From Gemmatimonadaceae bacterium (GTDB taxonomy: Bacteria; Gemmatimonadota; Gemmatimonadetes; Gemmatimonadales; Gemmatimonadaceae), in assembly GCA_051859245.1 (NCBI GenBank), contig JBHYGA010000005.1, positions 480,001-544,000 of the forward strand: 64,000 nucleotides of DNA, written 5' to 3'. Of this stretch, positions 9,498 through 20,620 are shown piece after piece. Below the pieces are notes generated by a model. It did not search any database. It had not been told where the DNA came from and saw only the letters and a program-made list of their open reading frames with translations. Each line of letters opens with the position of its first letter. Within the stretch, counting starts at the first letter, position 1. Position numbers and translations under genes: made by a program.

Positions 9498-11216
9498 CTA
9501 CCGCGGCGGCCCCACCCGCTCAAACCGAAGCCCGCGCGCGCGACCCTGATTGACGAGCAATCCCGTTACCGCGCCGCTCGCGTCGCGCGTGAACTCCAGG
9601 CCCAAGCCCGCGCCAACCATTTCGTTTTCGCCAACCGTGCGAAGCAGCTCGGGCGACGCGTTGCGCAGGCGCAGTTCGAGGGCGGTGTCGCGCTGCGTGA
9701 TGACCAGCGTGGTGCCGAGCTCTTCGCTGCGGTAGGTGCCAGCGCGGGCGGCCAGCGTTTGCGGCGAGATCGACACCTCCAGCACACGTTCGTACGTGTC
9801 CTCCGGCACGCCGCCAAAAACGACGGACACGCGCGCCGCGACGGCACTCGCGCCGCCGCTGCTGTCGAACGCAAAGCGCAGAACGACCGGCGTATTCACA
9901 ACTTCCAGTTCCTCGGCGCTGCGTGCTTTGGTGGCGTAGTTGCCGGGCTCAACAACGCGCAGTGTGCCGTCCAAAATTACAATGCGAGTGAACTCGGTGG
10001 TGCCGGGCACGCGATACGTTCCCACGTACGAATTGAGCGGCCGCAGTTTCACGGGGCTCGTTGCCGCCGGTGTCGCGGGCGCTGCAACGTTTGTGGGCGC
10101 GTTGGACAGGGCCGGTGCAGACGCCGCCTGCGCAGCGTTCATCTCTGCGGACAAATGCACTTCGGCTACCTGCGCGGCCAGCGCTGACGGATCGCTATCT
10201 GCACGATTGCACAACACCGCTACGCCAAAGCGCTGCTCCGGGAATCGCAGCAACTGCGCGCGATAACCGCCCCACGAGCCGCCATGCTGGACGGTGCGCA
10301 GTCCGCGCTGCTCGCTGTGCATGAGGCCGAGTGCGTAGGCGAGCACTTTGCCGTTGGTGAGTATTCCGCGCGTGTGCATCGTGTCGCGCAGTGCGGTGCC
10401 GCCCACTTTGTTGGTGTAGAAATTGTTGTTCCAGTGGAGCAGGTCCTGCACGGTGGAGAAAATCCCGCCGTCACCAAGCTGCAGCCAGCGTGGCATGTCG
10501 GCGCGATAGCTGGAGTCGCGCGGTTCGTAGCCAATGGCACGATTGACAATGATATCGTCGTAACTGCCGAGATACTCGGTGTGCGTCATGCCGAGCGGCG
10601 CGAATATGCGGTCGTGTGCTTCGTCGCGCAGCGATCGTTTGGTGACACGTTCAACAATCTGGGAGAGTAGGAAGTAGCCGGAGTTGCTGTACAGGTGCTC
10701 GCTGCCCGGCGCAAAGTTGAGCGCACGTTGACGCGCGATCATTTGCAGTGCGTCGTCGGGTGTGGTGACGTCGTCGTATCGCGCGCCGGTGAGGCGCAGC
10801 AAGCCGATGTAATCGCGCACACCACTGGTGTGATGCAGCAGTTGCCGCACCGTGATCGGTCGTTCGTACTGTGGCAACTCGGGAATGAATCGACGTACAT
10901 CGTCGTCGAGCGAGAGCTTGCCTTCCTGCGCGAGCAGCACGATCACAGCGGCCGAGAACTGCTAGGACGTTGAGCCCAGGTCGAACACGGTGGCCGGTGT
11001 GATGGGCACGCGACGCTCAAGGTCGGCGAGGCCGTAGCCGCGCGCGTAGACGATCTGTCCATCGCGGTACACGCCGAGCGCGCAGCCGGGGGAGTTGGGG
11101 GTGTCGTATGCGGCGAAGACGGAGTCGACGCGGGGGTCGCGGGGTTGGGCGTGCGTTACTGCGGTGGGGGTGCAGATGCAGAGCGCTGCGAGGAGCAGAG
11201 ATCGTGGCGTGGTCAT
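9498..11216 (-). pseudogene. Exported serine hydrolase (beta-lactamase/AmpC family) interrupted by one in-frame TAG
   Basis: ORFs 10962-11216 and 9498-10946 are in frame; FDLGSTS*QF (SxxK), LLHHTSG, YSN, HGG motifs. Confidence 0.85.
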
Positions 11217-11271
11217 GTTGTCGTGTGTGCGTTCAGCGAGGCTGCTTCAGTGCGCGCTACTTCGGCGAGCG

Positions 11272-11955
11272 CTATTCCAGACCGCTAAGCGAAGCGACAG
11301 GCAAGAACACATTCACCACACCGCGTGCTGCTGTGTCCCCGTTCAAGCCAAGATGCGTGTACACGGCCGAAAGGTTCGACTTCCATTCATCTGCAGATTG
11401 CGGTCCGGACATGTCAGAATCAACGACGAAGTACAAGAACACCAGATAGGCATTCAACCCGCTGCGTCGCAGAAACTCCAAGTGCGCCAGCCGATTCGCG
11501 TATCGATAGTAGCCGTTGAGCCAGTCATGATCCGCAGTCGTGCCGTACGAAGGCTTGGTCGCGTCGAGAGCCGCTCGAATCTGCGCGAGAGACGTCGAGC
11601 CAGCGCCACAGCTCGAACTCAGCTCGGCAAGATGCGCCTTGGCTTCGACGAGAATGCAGCTACCGTCTGAGGCTCTACCGAGTCCGTCCCACTGAGGTCC
11701 ACCCGCCGGCCAGAATGATGAGAGGCTGTCGGCAAGTTGCGGTTGGCCGAGTGTCCGCAGCATTCCCGCGTCGCGATACTCAGCCCATTCATCGTTACGC
11801 AGCGGCGAGAGCCATTCAATGTTCCAATCAGCAGGTCGTGCAGTCGCTGCTCGTACCGGGTCGGTAAGTAGTGACGGATTTTCGTTCACGAGGCGCTGCA
11901 TCCATTTCAGGCTGCCACGAGTTCCGATGGGTTGGGGAGTGCGCTCTCTGAACAT
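11272..11955 (-). CDS. Hypothetical protein, probable PD-(D/E)xK nuclease fold
   Basis: FWP.GGPQWD...ILVEAKAH...YY.YANRLA. Confidence 0.6.
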   Translation of the reverse strand: MFRERTPQPIGTRGSLKWMQRLVNENPSLLTDPVRAATARPADWNIEWLSPLRNDEWAEYRDAGMLRTLGQPQLADSLSSFWPAGGPQWDGLGRASDGSCILVEAKAHLAELSSSCGAGSTSLAQIRAALDATKPSYGTTADHDWLNGYYRYANRLAHLEFLRRSGLNAYLVFLYFVVDSDMSGPQSADEWKSNLSAVYTHLGLNGDTAARGVVNVFLPVASLSGLE

Positions 11956-11991
11956 TTTCTTGATGTTGAGGTTATCGAGCGACGAGCGCCT

Positions 11992-12279
11992 TCATACGCG
12001 AGGCGCTCCACAGGTCTTGCACGAACCTGATATGGAACCCAGATGACGCTGCAGCGAGGCCACCTCCGGCGAGCAGATTTTGATATACGCTCGCTCGGTG
12101 AAGCCGCCCGGCCGCACGTTTCTCGTCCCAATCATACGGCACGTCGCGAGGTGCAGCACGCGGTAGCTCTTGGTCTTGGTTCTGGTCGTGTTGACCACAA
12201 ACGCTTGCGGGTTCTCAGCAATCCACTTCAGATACCTCGCATCGTCGGCAACGAACTCAATCACGGTGGGTGAGTACAT
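11992..12279 (-). CDS. Small Cys/His-containing hypothetical protein
   Basis: YL.W...P..FVVN...LH.ATC...YIKICS...CxxC. Confidence 0.55.
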   Translation of the reverse strand: MYSPTVIEFVADDARYLKWIAENPQAFVVNTTRTKTKSYRVLHLATCRMIGTRNVRPGGFTERAYIKICSPEVASLQRHLGSISGSCKTCGAPRV

Positions 12280-12530
12280 GATGTCGCGGCCACATGGTGG
12301 GCTTGCCCGCTGGAAACGAGAGCAACATGCGTAGACGATGCAGCTCAGCTAAAGGACGCGCAACCCGGAGCATGCACGCGGTCCTAGTCGTCGCGGGGGA
12401 TGCGCTCTGGACGTGCAACCACTTTGTGCGCTGAAGGTGGGCCTGCGTAGAGCAGCGGATTGTCGAAGATGCGCGGCAAATGCTGTCCGAAACACCTGGC
12501 GCAGTCTTCGCCCGCGGAATCAATTGCCGC

Positions 12531-13460
12531 ATGCAAATAGACAGAGACTGGCAGATCAGAATGGCCGCGATGCAACAGCTAGCGGTTCTTCGAGAAAACG
12601 GCGGGGGACTTGTCACCGCGAACGCGCTCGAAAAAGGATTCGAGTTTGAGGGTGAGCGCATCGCCTTTCGCAATGTGCAGAAGGGCATATGGCGACCTCA
12701 TCAGTTACGCTCTCCCGGAGCCGCGCTCAGCATTGTGACCGCTCCACCAATCGCCGGTAAAACACCCGCGTACGACGACGAGGTTGCCGCTGACGATCGC
12801 GGCTGGTTCGGCTACAAGTACGAAGGGAGCGATCCACTGCTGTGGACGAACGTTGCAGTGCGACTGGCTATGGAGCTGCGCAGGCCGCTGATCTATCTCT
12901 ACGGCGTGACCAAGGGCGTGTACGAGCCCATTTTCCCTGTCTATGTCGTAGACGACGAGCCCAGCTCCTTGACGTTCAGAGTTCAGGTAGGTGAGCCACT
13001 GCATGTACGCGAGCCCACCGCGGAGTTTCTCTATGCAAGTGCACCAGCGCGCGAGTATCAGACCATTGCGGTAAAGCGGCGCCTGCACCAAAATCGTTTT
13101 CGCAAACTTGTGCTCGACGCATACGCCAGCAAGTGCGCGATCTGTCAGCTCAAACATCTCCCACTTCTGGACGCCGCGCACATCATTGCCGACCACGATG
13201 ACCGAGGGTTGCCGGAGGTCCCAAATGGTCTCGCTCTCTGCAAAATCCATCACACCGCGTACGACGTGAACATTCTGGGGATCTCACCTGACCTACAGGT
13301 GCACGTTCGAGAAGACATTCTGCACGAAGTCGACGGACCGATGTTGAAGCACGGTCTGCAAGAGATGTCCGGCCGGCGAATCATCATCCCGCGCGCTCCG
13401 GGGAACAGGCCCAATAGCGAGTTCCTCGAGATTCGCTTTGATCGATTCCGAGCAGCCTAG
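12531..13460 (+). CDS. HNH endonuclease with SRA-like N-terminus (putative type IV restriction enzyme)
   Basis: CAIC...LDAAHI...NGLALCKIHH.AYD; N-terminal GIWRP and YKY motifs. Confidence 0.85.
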   Translation: MQIDRDWQIRMAAMQQLAVLRENGGGLVTANALEKGFEFEGERIAFRNVQKGIWRPHQLRSPGAALSIVTAPPIAGKTPAYDDEVAADDRGWFGYKYEGSDPLLWTNVAVRLAMELRRPLIYLYGVTKGVYEPIFPVYVVDDEPSSLTFRVQVGEPLHVREPTAEFLYASAPAREYQTIAVKRRLHQNRFRKLVLDAYASKCAICQLKHLPLLDAAHIIADHDDRGLPEVPNGLALCKIHHTAYDVNILGISPDLQVHVREDILHEVDGPMLKHGLQEMSGRRIIIPRAPGNRPNSEFLEIRFDRFRAA

Positions 13461-13524
13461 CTCGGCGAGCTCACTCATCGCTTTCGCGCACCAGGTCTCG
13501 CCTCGCACAAACAACCACGGATAT

Positions 13525-16044
13525 ATGGCTTTCAGCAACGAGAATGATCTCTGGCAGGAGTTCCTCGCTAACTGGCCGATCGAGCGGCTGCGTTCGATGC
13601 AGCTGTCGGATTACACAAACGCTGGCGGTACCGACAGCTTCGTGTATTGGATGGAGAGCCGCCTCGACGTCTATGGCAGCATGTGGGGAGGCTCCGCATT
13701 CAAATTCGGGATCTACTCTCGGAGGAAAACGAAGAAGGAGGACGGTGACACGTCCCGCCTCTATGATGACTCGTACGGCTGGTATCGAAAGTTCGGACTC
13801 ACCTCGGCTGAAGCTTTCGAGGCCGTTCGCAAGGAGGTCTTGAAAGTCGCCGTCGCTGCGCGTGAGGGTCGCTTATCCGAAATCGATGGTGTTGACCTGG
13901 GAAACACGTATAAGTGGAAGATCGCTTTTCACTACCAACCTTTGGATGCGCCAACAATCGCGTGCATGTTCCAGCGCAAGCCGCTCCTCTTTGCGCTGAA
14001 AATGCCCCTGAACGAGCGTGACACGCCGCTGAGCCAGCTTTATGAACGGCTCGGTAAGCAGCGACCGTCGAGTGAGTCTATACTCGAGTTCAGCAAACGC
14101 ATGTGGCAGGCTGCCGTGATGGCGATTCCATACGAAGTCCGACTGCCGGAACCAGCGGTCAAGAAAGGTGTGATTCCACTCGGGCTTGTGTCAGCGCCAT
14201 TTCCAGCGGCGATGATCGGTGGGTCGAAGGATACGGATGCAAAACAAAAAGCCAGTTTCCAAACGGACACTGGGTTGCGGTTTGAATCTGATATCCGCGA
14301 GACCTCGCTTGGGAAGGGTGAGGTGCGCCACAACCTCAGCGACTACTTCGCGAAGATCGGGGCAGTGAAGGGCACGCCGATCGTCATTACTCCGCGTCAA
14401 GATGGCAGCTATTTCATCTCGAGTAGGGGAGCGCCGTTGCGTGATGATTCGGATGGACATGCTATGCCAGTCGATCTGCGGAAGACTGTGAAGGACCCGT
14501 CTCCCCACGTGTCGCGCCCACCGCTGAATCAAATTCTGTTCGGCCCGCCTGGGACTGGCAAAACGTTTCACGCCATCGACAAGGTGCTGGAAATTCTCGA
14601 CCCGCAGTTCCTGCGAGAGCACGCGGCAAACCGCGCCGAGCTGAAGTCTCGCTTTGACGTATTAGCGAAGGAGGGTCTGGCTCAGTTCGTCACTTTCCAC
14701 CAGAGTTTCAGCTACGAAGATTTCGTTGAGGGGCTTCGCGCTGATGCGGACAGCGAGGCCGGTGGTTTGCGATACGAAGTGGTAGATGGTGTATTCAAAC
14801 GTTTGTGCGAGGCCGCCCGGCTCCGTGTGGTAAAGGCAGAAGAAGCTGCGATAGATCCGCGCGAGCGACGCATTTGGAAGCTTTCACTTGGCGATTCTAC
14901 AACGGAGCGCTGGGTGTACGACGAGTGTGTTCAGAAAGGCTACGCACTGTTGGGCGCTGGCTTCGGGGCTGACTTCTCGAAGTGCGACACTCGCGAGAAA
15001 ATCCGCCAAACCATGGAGTTTGATGGCGAGCCGCGTTCAAACACCGACGCTCATGTCACGGCGGTAAACACGTTTGTTCGGGTCGTAGAAAAGGGAGACC
15101 TAGTTGTGGTAACAGAAGGCAACCTCAAGTTTCGGGCAATCGGTGAGATAACGGGCGATTATCGCCATCTCGATCGGCCCGAGGGCGACACTTACGCACA
15201 GTGCCGCGACGTGCGCTGGCTACGCGTGTATGCGCAGGCGCGACCGTACGAAGACCTTATGGCTAATCGCTTTAGCCAGTTGACGTTGTATGAACTACGC
15301 GAGGGTTCGATCGAACTTGATAAGCTAAGTGCGTTGTTACAACCCGCGCCTAATGAGACCACCTCAGCGTCGCCACGGGTACTCATCATTGACGAGATCA
15401 ACCGTGGCAACGTCTCGCGCGTTTTTGGTGAGCTCATCACGCTCATTGAACCCAGCAAGCGGACAGGCGCGGCAGAGGCTCTCGAGGTGACGCTTCCGTA
15501 CTCCAAGAAATCGTTCAGCGTGCCAGACAACGTGCACATCATTGGCACAATGAATACCGCGGACCGATCGCTCGCCGGTTTGGATATCGCGCTTCGTCGA
15601 CGTTTCCAGTTCGTAGAGATGCCCCCGCGGCCGGAACTCCTGTCGGGCGTGACGATTGCTGGAGTGAATCTTGGGCAGCTGCTTGGCGTCATGAATCAGC
15701 GCATCGAAGCGCTGCTAGACCGCGACCACCAGCTCGGTCATGCGTACTTCATGGAGCTCAAGACGAGCGACTCAGTCGACAGCTTGGCAAAAGTTTTCCG
15801 GAATCAGATTTTGCCACTCTTGCAGGAATATTTTTTCGAGGACTGGCAGCGCATTGCGTGGGTACTCAATGATCATCGAAAGGCGAAGGGATGTCAGTTC
15901 GTTGTGCAGCAGACGGTAAACAGCTCGTCGCTGTTTGGTGGTGGCGTGGACGTAGACACCGAGGCCAAGCTTTGGCGCGTTGACGACACAGCGTTCCTCA
16001 ACGCCGCTAGCTACATCGGCATTGTTTCAGACGTAACTTCCTGA
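13525..16044 (+). CDS. mcrB: McrB-family GTPase
   Basis: GPPGTGKT, TFHQSFSYEDFVEG, IIDEINRGN, MNTADRS. Confidence 0.95.
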   Translation: MAFSNENDLWQEFLANWPIERLRSMQLSDYTNAGGTDSFVYWMESRLDVYGSMWGGSAFKFGIYSRRKTKKEDGDTSRLYDDSYGWYRKFGLTSAEAFEAVRKEVLKVAVAAREGRLSEIDGVDLGNTYKWKIAFHYQPLDAPTIACMFQRKPLLFALKMPLNERDTPLSQLYERLGKQRPSSESILEFSKRMWQAAVMAIPYEVRLPEPAVKKGVIPLGLVSAPFPAAMIGGSKDTDAKQKASFQTDTGLRFESDIRETSLGKGEVRHNLSDYFAKIGAVKGTPIVITPRQDGSYFISSRGAPLRDDSDGHAMPVDLRKTVKDPSPHVSRPPLNQILFGPPGTGKTFHAIDKVLEILDPQFLREHAANRAELKSRFDVLAKEGLAQFVTFHQSFSYEDFVEGLRADADSEAGGLRYEVVDGVFKRLCEAARLRVVKAEEAAIDPRERRIWKLSLGDSTTERWVYDECVQKGYALLGAGFGADFSKCDTREKIRQTMEFDGEPRSNTDAHVTAVNTFVRVVEKGDLVVVTEGNLKFRAIGEITGDYRHLDRPEGDTYAQCRDVRWLRVYAQARPYEDLMANRFSQLTLYELREGSIELDKLSALLQPAPNETTSASPRVLIIDEINRGNVSRVFGELITLIEPSKRTGAAEALEVTLPYSKKSFSVPDNVHIIGTMNTADRSLAGLDIALRRRFQFVEMPPRPELLSGVTIAGVNLGQLLGVMNQRIEALLDRDHQLGHAYFMELKTSDSVDSLAKVFRNQILPLLQEYFFEDWQRIAWVLNDHRKAKGCQFVVQQTVNSSSLFGGGVDVDTEAKLWRVDDTAFLNAASYIGIVSDVTS

Positions 16045-16047
16045 TCG

Positions 16048-17376
16048 ATGCGAACCATTGTAGTTCGCGAGTACGCGCGGCTGACCACGGCGGAGGTGTC
16101 GGCGGAATCGCTGAGCGAAGCGCAGGTTTCGGCAACCGCGTTCGACTGGCTCTGCCGTGAAAGCGCGCGATTGCAGAAGTCGGGTGCATCGCTCGTGGAG
16201 CTTGATGATCGTCGTTCGCTGCGGCTCGATAACTACGTTGGTGTCATTGAGACACCGTGTGGGACTCGCGTGGAGATTCTACCAAAGAGCACCGATGACG
16301 GGGACGACGCTCCAGCATCTCGGCGCATCCTGAGACGAATGCTCCAGCGCTGCCTCGATCTTCCGACCCGAGAGACCACGCGTACGGACATCCAGACTTT
16401 CGAATCTCCGCTCACCGAATGGGTGATGCGGCATTTCCTCCTGGAGTTGCAGCTCTTGGTGAAGCGGGGCGTACGCTTTGAGTATCGAGCAGTGCAGGAG
16501 GAGCAGCGGTTTCTACGCGGTCGCCTTGAAATTATGCGTCAGCTCCGTCAGCCACCCGGGCGTGCGCATCTGTTCCAGATCGAACATGACATCTTCGATG
16601 CAGATCGGCCGGAAAATCGACTGCTTCGATCAGCGCTTGATCGCGTCTGTCAGCTTACGCGTGATCCAGGTAACTGGCGATTGTCGCATGAGCTGGCCGC
16701 ATATCTCTCGCCGGTGCCGACAAGCAAAGATGTTGCCGCAGACTTCCGGCGTTGGCGAGATGATCGACTGCTCGCCCACTATCGCAATGTGCGACCGTGG
16801 TGTGCACTGATACTCGGCGACGAGATGCCGATGTCGATGGTTGGCACATGGCACGGATGCAGCTTGCTGTTCCCGATGGAGACACTTTTCGAGCGATACG
16901 TTGAAGCCTGTCTACGGCGCACGCTAGCGGCGGGCGCTGTGCTGAAAGCATCAGCGAGACAGCACCATCTGGTGAGGCATGAGGGACAGCCGTGGTTCAT
17001 GCTGGTACCCGACTTGCTGCTCATCGACTCCGAGCGCACGATGGTGCTCGATACAAAGTGGAAGCGAATCGACCAGTCACTGGGAAATGCTTCAGACAAG
17101 TACGGCCTAAGCCAAGCGGATTTCTACCAACTGTTTGCGTACGGCGAGCGGTATCTTGACGGTGCTGGCGACGTGCTGCTTGTGTACCCGAAGACATCCA
17201 CGTTCTGCGAGCCGTTGCCGGCGTTCGAGTTCTCTGACCTCCTGCGATTGTGGGTCGTGCCGTTCGATCTCGAAGCGGGGAGAATCGAATCTGGGGCGGA
17301 CAGCGCGACTGGTGCCAAGACTGAAACTGCTCTGCGTTACTTTCGCCCGCTGGATGAAACTTCGGCATGGGTTTAG
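16048..17376 (+). CDS. mcrC: McrC-family endonuclease
   Basis: NYVGVI, EILPK, LFERYV, PD..., LDTKWK, DFYQLFAY. Confidence 0.95.
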   Translation: MRTIVVREYARLTTAEVSAESLSEAQVSATAFDWLCRESARLQKSGASLVELDDRRSLRLDNYVGVIETPCGTRVEILPKSTDDGDDAPASRRILRRMLQRCLDLPTRETTRTDIQTFESPLTEWVMRHFLLELQLLVKRGVRFEYRAVQEEQRFLRGRLEIMRQLRQPPGRAHLFQIEHDIFDADRPENRLLRSALDRVCQLTRDPGNWRLSHELAAYLSPVPTSKDVAADFRRWRDDRLLAHYRNVRPWCALILGDEMPMSMVGTWHGCSLLFPMETLFERYVEACLRRTLAAGAVLKASARQHHLVRHEGQPWFMLVPDLLLIDSERTMVLDTKWKRIDQSLGNASDKYGLSQADFYQLFAYGERYLDGAGDVLLVYPKTSTFCEPLPAFEFSDLLRLWVVPFDLEAGRIESGADSATGAKTETALRYFRPLDETSAWV

Positions 17377-17597
17377 CTGTGGCGCTGCAATCCTTGAGTT
17401 CGATCAAGTTTCTTTAAACTCAACGGAATCATCGATCAAGCTCGCGAAACGAACGAGCTCCTTGAGATGTGCTTTGGGCTCTACGCAGCGGTTGTCGTCC
17501 CACAAGACAAGCAGACGCGGCCGTTTACCTGTCTCGGTTGCAAGACCGAGAACGTGCCTGAGAAGCTGGCCCGCCCGAAGAGCTGTCCTCACGTCGA

Positions 17598-17619
17598 TGT
17601 CAGACGTGGCCGCTATCAT
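17598..17619 (+). promoter_or_regulatory. PafBC-type promoter box upstream of hsdM
   Basis: TGTCAG-ACGTGGCCGC-TATCAT, about 105 nt before the hsdM ATG. Confidence 0.5.
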
Positions 17620-17724
17620 GCCAGCGGGTAGGGAAGCACCGCTTGCCTGATGTCCTCGCACGTCGTACGACCACGCCGTATACTCGACCCACATATTTCA
17701 ACGTTCCCCCTCCTTCCCACCCGC

Positions 17725-19305
17725 ATGGCCCGCAAGTCCAAGACCGAGAGCTCCACCGCCAACCTCGGCTTCGAACAGAAGCTATGGCTCACCGCCGATA
17801 AGCTCCGCAACAACATGGACGCGGCGGAATACAAGCACGTCGTGCTCGGCCTCATCTTCCTGAAGTACATCTCCGATAGCTTTGAGGAACATCGCGCTAA
17901 GCTCCTCGCCGGCGCGGGCGACTACGCAGGGGCCAACTCGGAAGACCCGGACGAATACAAAGCCGAGAACGTGTTCTGGGTGCCCGCCGATGCGCGATGG
18001 TCGCATCTGCAGGCCAGCGCCAAGCAGCCCACCATCGGCAAGACCGTGGACGATGCCATGGTGTCGATCGAGCGCGACAACCCACGCCTCAAGGGCGTGC
18101 TCCCCAAGGACTACGCACGCCCCGGTCTCGACAAGCAGCGACTCGGCGAACTCATCGACGTCATCGCTACCATCGAACTTACCGCCGCTAGCGAAGGTGA
18201 GAAGACTCATCGCTCCGTCGACCTGCTCGGCCGCGTGTACGAGTATTTCCTCACTCGCTTCGCGAGCGCCGAGGGAAAGAACGGCGGCCAGTTCTATACG
18301 CCGTCCTCCGTGGTGCGCTGTCTGGTGGAGATGCTGGAACCATACAAGGGTCGCATTTACGACCCCTGCTGCGGCTCCGGTGGCATGTTCGTGCAGTCGG
18401 AGAAGTTCGTCGAGGCGCATGGTGGGAGGATCGGCGACATCAGCATCTACGGACAGGAGAGCAACGCTACAACGCGCCGCCTCGCGGTGATGAACCTCGC
18501 CCTACGCGGAATCGAGGCGGACTTTGGCCCGGAGCACGCGGACACCTTCAGGCGCGATCTCCATCCCGATTTACGTGCTGATTTCGTTATCGCCAATCCG
18601 CCCTTCAACGACTCGGACTGGTTCCGCAAGGACGACGACGTGCGCTGGCAGTACGGTGTCCCGCCCAAGGGCAACGCCAACTTCGCGTGGGTGCAACACT
18701 TCATCCACCACCTCGCACCTGATGGTTATGCAGGATTCGTGCTCGCCAATGGCAGTATGTCATCCAACCAGTCAGGTGAAGGCGACATCCGCCGAGCGCT
18801 TATCGAAGCTGACCTCGTGGATTGCATGGTAGCACTTCCTGGCCAGCTTTTTTACAGCACGCAGATTCCCGTTTGTCTCTGGTTCCTTGCGAAAAAAAGG
18901 AACGCGGATGTGAAACGCGGCTTCCGTGACCGCCGTAAGCAGACACTCTTTATCGACGCCCGCAAGCTCGGCACCCTCATAGACCGCGTGCACCGCGAGT
19001 TTACTGACGCCGATCTCTACAAGATCACCGCAGCCTATCACCATTGGCGAGGCGCGGCAGCAGCTGACCAATACGACGATGTCCCTGGGTTCTGCAAGTC
19101 TGCGACAACGGCGGAAATCGCCGCGCATGGCTACGTGCTGACTCCCGGCCGCTACGTCGGCGCAGAGGAAGTCGAAGACGACGGCGCCCCTTTCGAGGAG
19201 AAGCTGGCTCGTCTAGTGGCCGATCTGCACGTGCAGTTCGACGAGTCTGCGAAACTCGAGCAGGCAATCAAGGCGAACTTGAAGGGGCTCGGCTATGGCC
19301 GGTGA
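17725..19305 (+). CDS. hsdM: Type I R-M methyltransferase
   Basis: [22 protein letters not shown]. Confidence 0.96.
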   Translation: MARKSKTESSTANLGFEQKLWLTADKLRNNMDAAEYKHVVLGLIFLKYISDSFEEHRAKLLAGAGDYAGANSEDPDEYKAENVFWVPADARWSHLQASAKQPTIGKTVDDAMVSIERDNPRLKGVLPKDYARPGLDKQRLGELIDVIATIELTAASEGEKTHRSVDLLGRVYEYFLTRFASAEGKNGGQFYTPSSVVRCLVEMLEPYKGRIYDPCCGSGGMFVQSEKFVEAHGGRIGDISIYGQESNATTRRLAVMNLALRGIEADFGPEHADTFRRDLHPDLRADFVIANPPFNDSDWFRKDDDVRWQYGVPPKGNANFAWVQHFIHHLAPDGYAGFVLANGSMSSNQSGEGDIRRALIEADLVDCMVALPGQLFYSTQIPVCLWFLAKKRNADVKRGFRDRRKQTLFIDARKLGTLIDRVHREFTDADLYKITAAYHHWRGAAAADQYDDVPGFCKSATTAEIAAHGYVLTPGRYVGAEEVEDDGAPFEEKLARLVADLHVQFDESAKLEQAIKANLKGLGYGR

Positions 19306-20620
19306 TTGGGAAGATCTGTCCGTAGCCGAGTTGCAGGAAGCCGGAGTGCTTCTCGTGGAAGATGGTAACCACGGCGAGAACCGGCCAAGGCCTCACGAGT
19401 TCTCGGAGGATGGCGTCCAGTTCATCCGAGCTGCGGACATGGATGGTGGTCGCGTGCTCTTCGAAAGAGCACAGCGGATCAACCAAACGGCCAGACGAAG
19501 GGTGCGAAAAGGAATCGGCGCTGGGGGTGACGTGCTGCTTTCGCACAAGGGCACCGTTGGCAAGGTTGCCTACGTGCCACTGGATGCACCGCCGTTCGTT
19601 TGTTCACCGCAAACAACCTTCTGGCGCGTCAAAGATGCAAGACGGCTCGATAGCCGATACGTCTACTACTACCTCTTGTCGCGCGCGTTTCGTGAGCAGC
19701 TGGATTCACGAAAGGGTGAAACCGACATGGCCGACTACGTGAGTCTAACCACGCAGCGTACGCTCAGGATAGCAGTCCCACCCCTCGCCGAACAAAAGGC
19801 CATGGCGGCGGTGCTTGGCGCGCTGGACGACAAGATTGAGTTGAACCGGCGGATGAACGCGACACTGGAGGAGATGGCTCGGGCATTGTTCCAGAGCTGG
19901 TTCGTGGACTACGCCCCCGTGCGCTCCAAGCTCGACGGACGACAAACTGTTGGCCTAGGCCCCGCTATCGCTGATCTCTTTCCCGACTCTTTCCAAGACT
20001 CGATCGCCGGTCCGATACCGCAGAACTGGACCATCCAGCCCGTCGGTGAAATTGTCGACTGCGTTGGGGGCGGCACTCCGAGCACTGCGGAGCCAAGGTA
20101 TTGGGAAGACGGCAATTATCACTGGGCGACGCCGAAGGACTTCTCCGCACTCCAAGCACCCGTCCTCTTCGAGACGGAACGCAAGATCACAGACGCCGGC
20201 ATTGCCAAGATTTCCTCCGGATTGCTTCCCGCCGGAACCCTACTGCTGTCCTCCCGCGCCCCCGTCGGCTACCTCGCAATCGCTGCGATGCCCGTTGCCA
20301 TCAATCAGGGCTTCATCGCGCTGAAGTGCAACGAACGTGCCTCAAACTATTTCATGTTGAACTGGTGTCGGACCCACATGGCTGAAATCGAAAGCCGCGC
20401 TACCGGCACCACATTCGCCGAGATCAGCAAGAGGAACTTCCGTCCCATCCGAGTCGTGCTGCCGCCACAGGAACTCATGGCCGCCTTTACAGCCAAGGTC
20501 GCGCCGTTCTACGCCCGAATAACGAGCAATCAATACGAGTCCCGTACACTTGCCGCAATACGCGATAGCCTGGTGCCGGGGCTACTCAACGGCACGATTT
20601 CCACCACACCAACATCATGA
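19295..20620 (+). CDS. hsdS: Type I R-M specificity subunit
   Basis: Two TRDs; PPLAEQ...[18 protein letters not shown]. Confidence 0.95.
   Translation: MAGDWEDLSVAELQEAGVLLVEDGNHGENRPRPHEFSEDGVQFIRAADMDGGRVLFERAQRINQTARRRVRKGIGAGGDVLLSHKGTVGKVAYVPLDAPPFVCSPQTTFWRVKDARRLDSRYVYYYLLSRAFREQLDSRKGETDMADYVSLTTQRTLRIAVPPLAEQKAMAAVLGALDDKIELNRRMNATLEEMARALFQSWFVDYAPVRSKLDGRQTVGLGPAIADLFPDSFQDSIAGPIPQNWTIQPVGEIVDCVGGGTPSTAEPRYWEDGNYHWATPKDFSALQAPVLFETERKITDAGIAKISSGLLPAGTLLLSSRAPVGYLAIAAMPVAINQGFIALKCNERASNYFMLNWCRTHMAEIESRATGTTFAEISKRNFRPIRVVLPPQELMAAFTAKVAPFYARITSNQYESRTLAAIRDSLVPGLLNGTISTTPTS

Noticed and set aside
3932..10964. Amber recoding or pyrrolysine, suggested by in-frame TAGs
   Set aside because: Many intact genes here end in TAG, the two TAGs replace different residues (Trp, Lys), and no pyl genes are visible
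17404..17694. Small minus-strand CDS between mcrC and hsdM
   Set aside because: No recognisable motif, and it overlaps the likely hsdM promoter; unsupported
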